Positions 1 to 12,299 of a stretch of DNA of 38,415 bases are shown here, piece after piece. Positions within the stretch are counted from its first letter, which is position 1, and each line of letters opens with the position of its first letter. Below the pieces are notes generated by a model. The model was not told where the DNA came from and searched no databases. It saw nothing but the letters and a program-made list of their open reading frames with translations. A program made the translations under genes and the position numbers. The stretch is from Octopus sinensis (taxonomy: Eukaryota), in the NCBI RefSeq assembly GCF_006345805.1, contig NW_021835755.1, forward strand, positions 1 to 38,415, written 5' to 3'.

Positions 1-722
1 GATAGCGTGTTTGGCATTGGGTTATGCGTATGGTGACTAGTTTGTGCATAACCCTGTACATGTGTGTATACATGTGTATGTGTGTGTATGTGTGTGTATG
101 TGCGTATGTGTATGTGTTGTTGTGCGTGTGTGTGTATATATATCTATATCTATAGAAGGCAGGATGTGTGTGTGTGTGTGTACGTGAATGTACTTTATGC
201 ACGTCCACAAATGAGCAGGCATGTCGCTCCAATTTTAGGAGAACATTGGTCACGATCATGGCTGTGCTTTTGCCAACATATTTTCCCCGAGGAACCCCCG
301 GATAGCAGTAAAAGTAGCTTTCCAACCATAACTTTTACCATTTTCACGTCGGTGAAATCCGTAAGTTTGCTTACATGAGTTAAGTTCCCTGTCTTAAAGA
401 TTAATTCACCCTACTACAATGCCTCCAAAAAAAAATAGATTTGGACTACCTAAGCAATCTCAGCGTAGGAAAAGAGAAAGAGCTGAAGAGACTGACTGTC
501 AGCAGACCCATTAGTAAAATATTATAACTTTGGGGGACGAAACCTAGCAATAAGAGCTTGCGGATATTCCGCTACGAAACATTCAATAATATCGAAGCAT
601 AACTTTCATAAATCAGGGTATAATTTTAGAAGACTCTTTCTGAACCCAGTCAATGACGAGTATTTCTGCTTGTACATGATGTATGTGTATATATGTATTA
701 CATATTTCATGTGTATTATTTA

Positions 723-1795
723 TACGAGGGTCGTCTGAAAAGTTCATGGTCTGACCAAGATACTCTCATACAACATAATGAAATGAAGTTTATTTTTCAA
801 CATGGTCCCCATTGCGATCTATACATTCCTTCCATAGGTGTTGCAGTGCTTGTGTTTCATTGGTGAAGAAGCTTTCATCCTATTAGTAAAAAGTCAACAA
901 CAGCAGACGTCATCATTACTGTGATACTTGTAGCCATCCAAGTGCTTTTTCATGTTGGGAATAGACGATAGTCAGATGGGTCCAAATCAGGAGAACAGGG
1001 AGGTTGCTCAACCAATTCAAAGCCACAGTCACGCAGAGTAGCCGTTGAAACCAAAGAGTTGTGTACTGGAGCATTGTTCTGATGAAGCAAGATCCTTTTC
1101 GTCAACTTTGCTGGGTGTTTCGTCTTGATAGCCTTTCGTGACTGTTTCAGTAATTTGGCGTAGTACTCTCAATCGATGGTGTAGCCCTTTTGAAGATAGT
1201 CACTAGACACAATGCCTACTAAAGCCAAAACAACTGAAGCCTTCACCTTCCCTTGAAAGGAAAAACCTTGGTTTTACTTGGAGCAGGTGACGAAGGGTGT
1301 TTCCATTGCAGCGATTATCTCTTTGTCTCTGGCTCAAAAGGATGAACCCAACGCTCATTCTGGCCGCGGAAAAGTTCAAGGCAACCAGCTAAATTTGCCT
1401 TAAACGATGTCAGATTTTTCCGCGATGTGATCAGCTTGGTGCGCTTTGGATCAGGTGTCAGAAGACGTGGTACCCGCGGTGCAGAAACCTTCGTCAAGAT
1501 TATTGTGCAGAATATTCTCAACTCCCACAGAAGATATGCAAATAGCATTGGATATTTATTCATAGTCAATCGCCAGTCATCCATCACCATGTGGTGAACG
1601 GAATCAAAGTTTTTTCTCGGTGGTGGCAGTTGCAGGACGTTCAGACATCAGGTTATGTTCAAGACTCTCCCTTCCTCTCCTGCGATCAGCTGCCCACACT
1701 TGCTCTGTTGATAAACCTGGAGTGTCGTCCCTTAATGTAGCAACCTTATTAGCATGAATGACCTTGTGGGCTAAACAAATAAATACTACATGGTC
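723..1795 (-). mobile_element. Decayed, near full-length mariner (DD34D) DNA transposon
   Basis: TA + TIR CGAGGGTCGTCTGAAAAGTTC at 723-745. Minus-strand translation gives AHKVIHANKVATLRDDTPGLSTEQVWAADRRRGRESLEHNLMSERPATAT, KVSAPRVPRLLTPDPKR, GQNERWVHPFEPETKR*SLQWKHPSSP, ILLHQNNAPVH, QPPCSPDLDPSDY and QALQHLWKECIDRNGDHVEK* (stop 790-792). In-frame stops; first two catalytic Asp read as Asn. Confidence 0.9.
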
Positions 1796-1926
1796 TACTG
1801 CATTGGTTTGCCTAGGGTTCTATAATGCTCTTAAGGCGGCTTATGTTTAAGGGAATGTACGCACTTATGTAAGTATGTATGTAGGTAGATAAGTAGGCAT
1901 GTAAGGAGGTATGTAGGAAGAGAGAA

Positions 1927-1965
<39 letters not shown>

Positions 1966-2319
1966 AAAGAAGAAGCGAAGGAGATAAATTCCACTTATAA
2001 GTACTTTGTTAAAACCACATGAATATGTCAGACAAGCATGTATGAATATATATATATATATATCTATATATATGAATATATATGTATATGAATATATATG
2101 TATGTACATATGTATACACACACATACATATATGTGTATATATTATGTGTATATATATGTGTGTATACATATATGTATATATATATTCATATATATGTAT
2201 GTATATATACACACCTATATGCATATACATGTGTGTATGTATGCATATGCATACGCTCACACATACGTACGTACGTACATATATACATAGGTACATACAT
2301 ACATATATACTTACATGCA

Positions 2320-2350
<31 letters not shown>

Positions 2351-2706
2351 TTCCATGGAAGACAGATGTGATAGGCTAGAAATATTTTTGTCTGTTAGTC
2401 ATAACAGCAACAACAATAACAACAACAACACTTGTCTCGCCACTTTGTTTCACCATGTTCAAATATCAACAACTTTGTCGCTCCGACACCACCTCCCTCG
2501 CCTCCGCTACATCTAATTATCAACTGCTAATTAACAAAACAACGGCAAAACAATACACTGAGGGTTGTAACATTATTTAAAGTTTCGTTCCTCTTTTTTG
2601 TCTTATCATTTTTTTTTTTTTCATATGGTTTTCATGTTTTCGCTTTACACTCTTTAAAGTCATTCTCTCTGCTTGTGACCCTTAGATCTTGATTGCTCTC
2701 TTTTTT

Positions 2707-2746
<40 letters not shown>

Positions 2747-2946
2747 TTGTTTCATGTTTCTCTCTCTCTCTCTCGCATTCCCCATTCATTCAACCTCTCT
2801 ATCCAATTCCATCTCTCGTGGCAACACTTTACCTCTTATCTTATCACATTATAACCATCTCCCTTTCCCTAGTATTCCTTATACTCTCTCTAAACATCTG
2901 TACTTGTGTGTACGCTTACGTGTATGTGCATATATATATATATATC

Positions 2947-2999
<53 letters not shown>

Positions 3000-3647
3000 G
3001 ATAGATAGATAGATATATAGATAGATAGATAGATATATGTATGCATACATGCATACATATATACACACACACGCACATATATGTATATATCTATATACAT
3101 AAAGCCTGTTATATACACACGCATATATATACATGTGTGTGTGTGTGTATGTGTGTTTGTGTTTGTGTCTGCTATACATAATGAATGTTACATACCTACA
3201 TGAATACGTACGTGTATGTAAGAAATTACGTACACACTCATATATACAAATGTACAAAAGAAACTATGTACACACATAAACTCACACGTGCACACACATA
3301 CACATGCACACACACACATACGCGCGCGCGCTAAAAATAGCATGAACATAATACAGACAATGAGAAATGTAAATATTCTGGGTGAGGTTTGTCAACTTGT
3401 TGAAACGGACCTCAAAACAGCTTTTGGATAATGGAAAAAAAATTTGTAAAATTTTTTTGACAAAGACACACATATACACTCACACAGCTTAAAACTAGGC
3501 ATACACACAGATAATGTATGCGTAGAAGAGTATTCATAAAATCATTTATTGGATGACACCCACGGGCTTAAACAACGCACCACACACAGTCACTATACAC
3601 ACATATACAAAAAATAGTTTCACCCATATATATATATATATATATAT

Positions 3648-3681
<34 letters not shown>

Positions 3682-3939
3682 CACACACATAAACGTATTA
3701 TGTGAATCTGTCTATGTATGTATGTATGTATGTATGTATGTATGTATGTATGCATGCATGTATGTATGTATGTATGTATCTATCTATCTATCTATCAATC
3801 TATCTACACACACATATATACATAGTATATGAATATACATATATATACATATAAGTATATATATGTGTGTATGTGAATGTATTTACATATTTGTATATTC
3901 ATATGTGTATGTATTTATGTATGTGTGTATGTATGTATG

Positions 3940-4009
<70 letters not shown>

Positions 4010-4398
4010 ACATATATATTATATATATATATACATATATATATATATGAACTCACACACAGGTGCACTCCCTCCCAAACCTTCAATGTTTTACAAATCT
4101 AAAAGCTTTACCAAAACATGAGTCAATGAGACACTCAAAGCATTGACTCTCCCACACATTGTTGTATTTTTTTCTGAGAGAACTTCTAAGTCTTCGGAGA
4201 GGCTTTCTCTTTCAAGTGCTTAGGGTTAAGAATTTAATGTTTGTAACTAAAGTGACAAAACACAACATTGTAGTAAAGGAGCAACAAAAGGGAACGCTGG
4301 TATTTGATTCTACATATTTTTGAACCACTTATCATGTGGAAATATTTAGAAAGAACTGGAGAAATTAATTAGTGTTACTGGTATGACTGCTGTTCTTG

Positions 4399-4445
4399 TT
4401 TAGCCCCAAGTCCATTCTGACTAAGCAGACTTACCTGGGGCTAAA
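4399..4445. repeat. Family C terminus with inverted duplication (hairpin)
   Basis: TTTAGCCCCA (4399-4408) and TGGGGCTAAA (4436-4445) are a perfect 10-bp inverted repeat. The left half matches the family C end seen at 36848, 37008 and 38318. Confidence 0.5.
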
Positions 4446-4496
4446 TCAAAGACAGTCCATCAGAGATTATGGTGCTTTTTACCTGTTAATTAACAC

Positions 4497-4909
4497 TTTT
4501 ACTCTTTACTCTTTTACTTGTTTCAGTCATTTGACTGCGGCCATGCTGGAGCACCACCTTCTAGTCGAGTAAATCGACCCCAGGACTTATTCTTTGTAAG
4601 CCTAGTACTTATTCTATCAGTCTCCTTTGCTGAACCGCTAAGTTACGGGACGTAAACACACCACCATCGGTTGTCAAGCAATGTGGGGGGGGGCAAACAC
4701 AGACACACAAACATATACATACATACATATATATATATACGTATATACGACGGGCTTCTTCCAGTTTCCGTCTACCAAATCCACTCACAAGGCTTTGGTC
4801 GGTCCGAGGCTATAGTAAAAGACACTTGCCCAAGGTACCACGCTGTGGGAATGAACCCGGAACCATGTGGTTGGTAAGAAAGCTACTTACCACACAGCCA
4901 CTCCTGCGC
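4497..4909 (-). mobile_element. tRNA-derived SINE, family A, full length
   Basis: Minus strand starts GCGCAGGAGTGGCTGTGTGGTAAG with B-box-like GGGTTCA, has an internal (TA/CA)n tract and a TAAAAGAG-repeat tail. Closely matches the copy at 11755-12261. Confidence 0.9.
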
Positions 4910-5243
4910 TTCTATATAACACTGTATAATTCGCTGCACTTATTATTTTTCTACAACGGTGATGCGTAATATGTGAGACGTCTGACTGTCATTTCAAGCA
5001 GATCAGCATAAGTGCAGACAATTCAAAGCATCTACTTCGTTTTATACAATCGTATACCATTTCATTTGGCCCGAGATCATTTTGTTTCGAGTTTATTTTA
5101 ATTTGTTCCATACTTCAGGTATCAATATTTGCTTCGAGATTAATCCAATTTATACATTAAAAGCTAAGATATTCTCACTGAGATTACCGCTAAGATATTT
5201 TCACCGACTACCTCTTCTACTGACGGGTTACCACTTTGATTAG

Positions 5244-5386
5244 TTATCGTCTCCACTGACACTGTCGTCTACATTGACTTTATCGTCTGCAATGATTATC
5301 ATCTGCACTGACTCTCTATCGTTGGCACAGATTCTCTATCGTCTGGATTCATTCTCTATCGTCTGCACTGACTATCGTCTGCACTT
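5244..5386 (+). repeat. Degenerate 16-20 bp minisatellite, about 8 units, consensus TATCGTCTGCACTGA(YTCT)
   Basis: Units read directly, e.g. ttatcgtctccactgac, ttatcgtctgcaatga, ttatcatctgcactgactct, ctatcgtctgcactga, ctatcgtctgcacttg. Confidence 0.75.
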
Positions 5387-5656
5387 GTATATTGCTCTCA
5401 GTTTGATTTACTCGCTAATATTGCGACACATTCTGTAAGTTTGATTGACCATCTACCATTTCACACGTTGCCGTCTTCACAAACTCTCCACGATCTTCAT
5501 TAACACTCAGTCGTTTGCACTAACCATGTAGCACATGAATAGACGTTTTTCATTCGCCCACTTCTGTTTCTGACAATTTATCACATTTAGGCTAAAACTT
5601 TTTCTTTATCTGTACAAGTTTATAGGTTAATTACAGTTGAACTTAAAACATAACAG

Positions 5657-5724
5657 CACACACACACACACGCGCACACACACACACGCACACGCACATA
5701 CACACACACACAGACACACCCACA

Positions 5725-5775
<51 letters not shown>
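5657..5775. repeat. (CA)n microsatellite
   Basis: Directly visible; source of the His/Thr ORF 5637-5852. Confidence 0.95.
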
Positions 5776-5776
<1 letters not shown>

Positions 5777-6072
5777 TATACACACTTATGACGAACATAG
5801 TAAGACGCCTCACTTCGATTCGATGTTTACAGGAAATAATTCCATGAATTAAATTATACCTGTAACTTGAATATGAAATCGTTTTATCGCATCTTTCTTG
5901 AGAATAAATCAGATGAATTCATTGCAAGAATAAGTGCTATAGGAATTCTCTGAAGCATGTACAAATCTTCTCACTTAACCATAGATTTCATTGTAAAGAG
6001 GAAAATAAGCTTAAAGACATGTTAGTTATGTTGTTTTTTAGCTGCTTAAAATTAGATCCTTTTTTTACTGTA

Positions 6073-6248
6073 GGAACAAGGCCGAAATTTGGCAGGAGGG
6101 AGCTAGTTGATTACATCACTACTTATTTTATCGACTCCAAAAGTAGCAAAGGGAAAATCGACCTCGTCGTAATTTGGACTTAGAACGCCTAAAGAAATGC
6201 TGTTATGAATTTTGGCCGTGCTCACGGTTTCGCCAGCTCGCTGCCTTA
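6073..6248 (-). mobile_element. SINE family B, diverged
   Basis: Reverse complement starts aaggcagcgagctggcgaaacc and carries the gtcgat..ttttc..gagtcgataaaataagta module. Confidence 0.7.
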
Positions 6249-6294
6249 GTTGTTTAAAATTGTTTCAAATTATGGTACAAAACCAACAATCTTA

Positions 6295-6452
6295 CAGCCA
6301 CCCCAGTGTTCAAGTGGTATTTATTTGACCGGCACCGAAAAGAGGAAAAGTAAAGACGACCTCGTCAGAGTTTGAACACTGAACGTAAAGTCAGAAGAAA
6401 TACCGCTAGACATTTTATCCCGCGTGCTAACTATTCGGCCACATCGCTGTCT
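6295..6452 (-). mobile_element. SINE family B, diverged, in tandem with the previous copy
   Basis: Reverse complement contains gttcaaactctgacgaggtcgtctttacttttcctcttttcggtgccggtcaaataaatacc. Confidence 0.65.
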
Positions 6453-6665
6453 TAGATGCTTAAAACTAATGAAAGATTGGTTTGTTTTAAAACGTGTGGT
6501 GTCGAGTCATTGCGTATTTGGGAAGCAGGAAGAAACATGGGTTACTGAGGCTGATACCATACCAAAGCCTACCGGACAGAAAGTGAAGAGCTATACAAAT
6601 ACAGCAAGAAAAAACAAGAACAAAAGAAAAACAGCCATTTCGACAACAGCAGCTGAAATGAACAC

Positions 6666-6722
<57 letters not shown>

Positions 6723-6935
6723 GTCGACGACGACTATGACAAAACAATAATAAAAACAAGGTAATATCGGAATAAATATTTTATTCGCTTACGTTTTAAT
6801 GTTAAAGTCAGTTTAAAACTTTTACTTAAATTTACTTTGGTACCAGCTTTTCTAAACGCTTGATCTCTCATTCGCCAAAATACAATGGCTTGAGTAAATC
6901 ACGCTTAGAACCACACTCCAAATCGAATAACAGAG

Positions 6936-7835
6936 CAAGGGTGTCCATAAAGTCATGGTGTAGTGCAGTGGTTCACAACCCTTTTATTCAAATGAGTTTC
7001 CCACGGACTCCTTTTAACATGATTATCCGTATGAGTATGTGCGTGAATGTATGTATATATATATATATATATATTTACAATGTACATTTAAGCATGTAAG
7101 AGATGGGCATAGTAAGATATCTAACCCGCTAGAAGGTGTAGTTAAAATCCAAACCACTACTAGGGGTAATTTTCAAACGGAATTAAGAATAAAAACATTT
7201 ACCATATATTTCCTGTACCATGGTTTCAAGCTATCTTCAGTAAATAAAATAATTTGCTAGGCGCAACTATCATCAGCAGGAAAGCCAAGATTAACATATA
7301 ATACGAGGCAATACAGAACCTGCCTCTTGCTTACATGTTATAAATTTTCAAATCCACCACGCGAACGCAGTTTTTTTTTATCGGCAGCAAATACAAAAAT
7401 TGCCAATTTTCCTCCAAAATTAGCCAAAAAATCATTATTGTTTCTAAATGAGAAATTCCCTAACAGATGGATTGGAAGAGGTGAACCATTATTTTGGCCT
7501 TCATGTTCCCCAGATTTGACTCCATTGGATTTCATTTTATGGGGAGATGTGAAAAGAATTGTTTATTCAACTAAACCTCGATCTTTAGAAGACTTGAAAG
7601 CAAGGATAATTGAGGTGATTGAAGGTATTACTGAAAATCAGTTGGAAAATGTTTTCCAAGAACTACAGAATCGTATTTCTCTGTATTAGTAACGATGGTG
7701 TACATGTTGAAAATTAACCAGACGAATAAAAAATTTAGGTCATTCTTCTTTCTTATCTTTTTTACAGATTAATTGTACCATGTACATTACGAAGCTACAT
7801 GTATTTTAAATGCAGCAAGATTTATGGAGGCCCTG

Positions 7836-7837
<2 letters not shown>
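6936..7837 (+). mobile_element. Internally deleted Tc1/mariner-superfamily element with third catalytic D (maT DD37D or rosa/Visitor DD41D-like)
   Basis: ORF 7327-7689 contains FPNRWIGRGEPLFWPSCSPDLTPLDFILWGDVKRIVY...LEDLKARI. Right TIR GATTTATGGAGGCCCTG + TA ends at 7835-7837; imperfect left TIR CAAGGGTGTCCATAAAGTC at 6936-6954. Confidence 0.75.
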
Positions 7838-7869
<32 letters not shown>

Positions 7870-7929
7870 ATATATAAATGTGTGTGTGTGTATACATACA
7901 CACATAGATGCATATATACGTGTATTTGC

Positions 7930-7969
<40 letters not shown>

Positions 7970-8233
7970 TATATAAGATATACATATATATATATGTATG
8001 TTTAGGTATATATTTAATTTTGATACGTATATGAAAATGTTATATATATATATATATATAAACTTATATATGTATATGAGAATTTTTAAATATATATATA
8101 TATATATGTATATGTGTATATAAATTTATATATGTATATATAATACACACACATATAATATACATAATTATATAAATAAATGCAGATATGTGCATACACA
8201 CATATACTTATATGCATATATATATATATATAT

Positions 8234-8286
<53 letters not shown>

Positions 8287-8290
8287 GTGT
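7836..8290. repeat. Compound (TA)n/(TG)n microsatellite
   Basis: Directly visible; begins at the TA target site of the preceding transposon. Confidence 0.9.
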
Positions 8291-9164
8291 ATAGACATAT
8301 ATGTATACGACATAAATATTGTGAAACCAATATTAAGCCCATGCTCAGCAAGGATTTCATTAAAAGTGTGCAATATAAATACTCAAAGATTAACTGAAAT
8401 CAATAATCCTTACCGTCATAAAGTAGAGTTAGTATCTTTAGATTCGTATTAACTGTTTTCGAGAGAAAACAGCCACCGCCCGAAACACTATTTCTGGTTA
8501 TTAACCTGCTCTGTTTGTGTGCCTACAAACTGGATTCAAGAGAATATATAATAAATTTTGCAAGTAAACCCCTGGTATGGACAGCTTAATGTTGGTTTCA
8601 GGGAATTTATTTCTAATATATAATTTGAATACTTTGCCTAAACCTACCGCCAAACATCTCATAACATCAATAGATATTGTTACCAATAGCATTGTCCAAA
8701 GTGTGCTTGCACTGAAGCACCATATCTACATACTTATGTACTTGTGTTCTTATATACATACTTATATATTTATATACTTATGTACATAGATGCATGCGTA
8801 TGTTCATACATACACCTCCAACGCACACATGTATATGAATAAAAGTTTTTGGTAATGCAAACCTATGTGAAATATATCGATTACGTTAGAAAAATGTAGT
8901 CAGAAGCAATGGAAGTATCTTATTTATTTATTCATATAAATATAGATATAAATAGTCTGGATTTTCCTACGGAAATTATACCCTAATGCTAAATTTCCTT
9001 TATCTTGTTTTGGTAACATCTAGCATTGGAGAGTCAAATCTTTTTCCATTATCAATATATAGACACATACATACATTCATATATATGTACGTACGTACAC
9101 ACACGCGCGCACAAAACACACACATACACATATATACACACATATGTATATATATAATATATAT

Positions 9165-9200
<36 letters not shown>

Positions 9201-9808
9201 CATAACATACATATATATATTATATATATATATAATACTATATATATATGTATGTATGCATGTTGTATGTATGTATGTATGTATGTATGTATGTATGTAT
9301 GAATGTATGGATCAAAAGAATTTGATTCAAATCCGTTGGTACTTTTGAGTTTCAAGCGTGATGCTAGCCGTCAGCCATTTTGAATTTGAATTATATATAT
9401 ATATATTATATTTGTATCTAGACTGCGTATGGTTGGTTTAGGCCTTTTTACTTCTTTCAAACTCTTCCGTCCTTCCTTCTTAAATTTTGAATCTTAGATA
9501 CGTAATGAAGATCTCCTGGGATATTTCAGAGTTAAATGTCATTTTTAAAAAATTTGAGGTGTTGCCGAGAAACATCCAACAAACCAGAGCTGTCGCGGTC
9601 AAAACGAAGTTTACCGTAAGCCTAAATTGACGCGGATTCTCCTAATCCAATCTATTAGTGGGACAGCTGAGATTTGCAAGACATTCCAAAGGTTTTCCAT
9701 CTGAGATTTTTTTATATGAATGGATGCACACACTTGGGTGTGCATACAGCTCGACCATCTCCAACTTAACTACATATTTATAAACATTGGAAACTCTCTT
9801 AACTCGGG

Positions 9809-9838
9809 AAGCCTGATCGCTTTGTTAGCGTCAGGCTT
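9809..9838. other. Stable stem-loop in unique sequence
   Basis: AAGCCTGA-T-CGCT-ttgtt-AGCG-TCAGGCTT: 12 bp, one bulge, 5-nt loop. Confidence 0.5.
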
Positions 9839-9997
9839 AAACTCTTTTGCAAACTTCAATGAAATTCAAAGAAAGAACATACATACATACATACACACAT
9901 ACGTACATATTTAAACACACGCACACACACTCACACACGCACGTACACACACGCATACATACATCTGTCTATCTATTTATCTATATATGCGTGTGTG

Positions 9998-10189
<192 letters not shown>

Positions 10190-10443
10190 GTGCGTGTACA
10201 TACATACGTACATACATACACAAATACATACACACCCATACATACTTATACGCACATACATACATTCATATACATAACCATTCTCATTAAAGAAGCAGCG
10301 AAGTGAAACATGTAACACACACACATACAAGCACAACTGCATATACGCGTGCACACACACACACACACACACACAAACAGATACATACACACAGACACAC
10401 AAAGACACACACACACACACGCACACATACATGCGCATATCTT

Positions 10444-10452
10444 ACTTACCAC
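10444..10452 (-). promoter_or_regulatory. Candidate 5' splice donor GTG|GTAAGT ending a putative non-coding exon
   Basis: Plus strand ACTTAC-CAC. Lies at the edge of a roughly 1 kb non-repeat island and is followed on the minus strand by microsatellites. No transcript evidence. Confidence 0.3.
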
Positions 10453-10942
10453 GAACACTTTATGTATCTTCTGTTCATATAAAAGTTATTTTAAGGGAGA
10501 AATAAGCAATGACGGATACGAAGAATACAAAACAACGAAATAAAGGGGTAACTATAAAAACGAACGAAACGAAACGAAACGTAAAGGAATATAATAATAA
10601 TATAAAAATCTTTCAAAAATTCTTTTATTTTTTAATTATATTATTTAACTTTTGTTTTACCTTTTAACAAAATATCAGTCTTTATTCCGTTTAAAGACAA
10701 ATAAATTTTTAAAGAAAGAAAAACAAAAAGAGGAAAATAAAACAATGAGAATCAAGATATTTCTTCCTCGATACGCCATAACGATAGTTATCATTATTTG
10801 TATTTGAGTTTAATGTCTTTTTAAAGGTTCTTTTCTAGTTTATAAAAGAATTTCCACAACGAGAAGGCGGGAGGGAAAGCAAAAAATAAATAAATAAATA
10901 AATAAATAATAAAAATCTGAAATTTAAAAAAAAATTCAAATG

Positions 10943-10969
10943 CCAATCAACGTCACGTGGTTTTGACAG
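10943..10969. promoter_or_regulatory. Motif cluster: CCAAT, CRE-like ACGTCA overlapping E-box CACGTG, TGACAG (TALE-class site)
   Basis: CCAAT 10943-10947, ACGTCA 10950-10955, CACGTG 10954-10959, TGACAG 10964-10969. Function inferred only. Confidence 0.25.
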
Positions 10970-11416
10970 AATTTGCGTTAAGCGTCAGCCAACTTTCTTC
11001 GTCACGCTTCACAGTTGTCATTAGTGAGTAGATCCGATCTGGGCTTCGTTTTTGTCTTAGACATTACTCCCCCCCCCCACAGGCATATCTTCACCGCCAA
11101 CACTATGACGACCACACCTAACACAAAAATATATGTGAAAAACGAAAAATAAATAAATAAGATAAAAATGGTAAAAAAAAAAATTAAATGATCGACAAAT
11201 AAACAATCAATAAAGTCTCATTGCATGAAAGGAAGTTTATTTTAATTCTTAAAATACAATATTTAAATATAAAGCGAGCGAGCGATGCTAGGCCAAGAAT
11301 ATGAGGAGAAGGGACGAGTTGTGTGAGAATTGGGATTTAAAGTTAAGAAAAGAAAAAGAGAAAAAGGAAAATGAAATGAAAAAAGATTATCTCTAAACGA
11401 ATATTTTTTTTTACTA

Positions 11417-11471
11417 CAAATGGCGGTGCCCCAGCATGGCCACAGTTCGAGAGCTGAAACTAGATAAAATG
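11417..11471 (+). mobile_element. 3' tail fragment related to the family A tail
   Basis: ggcggtgccccagcatggccacag...ctgaaactagataaaa resembles the family A tail ggcggtgctccagcatggccgcagtc...ctgaaacaagtaaaa. Confidence 0.55.
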
Positions 11472-11516
11472 AATATATATTATATATATATATATATATA
11501 TTATATTATATATAAT

Positions 11517-11742
11517 ATAGGGTACAGGGCGTCACCAACAGTAAACAACATGAAATACTAAACCAAATGAGTTCAAAACGCAAACAACGAGAGAAACAAA
11601 TGGAAAATAGGACAAGTAACATAAAGAACGACCCATCACCAGTTGTCAGCTGTCTATCTATTCCTCATTTCGAGCATCGAACGACAATATGAGTCTTTGA
11701 AGACAGTTGCTCCCATAACTACCAAAATATAATTTGGGATAT
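11517..11742. repeat. Interspersed repeat family D, copy 1 (class unassigned)
   Basis: Aligns by eye along its length with 15548-15770, e.g. cctcatttcgagcat.gaacgacaatatgagtctt.gaagacagtt.ctccca. Confidence 0.7.
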
Positions 11743-11754
11743 ATATATATATAT

Positions 11755-11991
11755 TACTTTTACTCTTTACTCTTTTACTTGTTTCAGTCATTTGACTGCG
11801 GCCATGCTGGAGCACCGCCTCTAGTCAAGCAAATCGACCCCGGGACTTATTCTTTGTAAGTCCAATACTTATTCTATCGGTCTCTTTTGCCGAACCGCTA
11901 AGTGACGGGGACGTAAAAACACCAGCATCGGTTGTCAAGCAATGCTAGGGGGACAAACACAGACACACAAAACACAACACATACATATATA

Positions 11992-12085
<94 letters not shown>

Positions 12086-12261
12086 TATATACATACATAC
12101 GACAGGCTTCTTTCAGTTTCCGTCAACCAAATCCACTCAGAAGGCTTTGGTCGACCCGAGGCTATAGTAGAAGACATTTGCCCAAGATGCCACGCAGTGG
12201 GACTGAACCCGGAACCATGTAGTTCATAAGCAAGCTACTTACCACACAGCCACTCCTGCGC
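11755..12261 (-). mobile_element. SINE family A, full length, with expanded internal (TA)n
   Basis: Same head, body and tail as 4497-4909; internal (TA)n spans about 11985-12095. Confidence 0.9.
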
Positions 12262-12299
12262 ATACATACACATGGTTTGTACATAATCCTGCGTAACAA

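Noticed and set aside
419-514. Short basic ORF MPPKKNRFGLPKQSQRRKRERAEETDCQQTH*, vaguely like a Helitron Rep/Hel N-terminus
   Set aside because: Only 31 codons, and I found no downstream Rep/helicase motifs or Helitron termini.
4860-4909. tRNA-like heads of family A and B SINEs as tRNA genes
   Set aside because: No complete cloverleaf; each continues into a SINE body and tail.
11000-11120. Minus-strand acceptor-like ttttgtgttAG followed by an open frame VVVIVLAVKICLWGGGVMSKTKTKPRSDLLTNDNCEA*
   Set aside because: The peptide is unrecognisable, crosses a G10 homopolymer and has no matching donor. It is more consistent with non-coding sequence.
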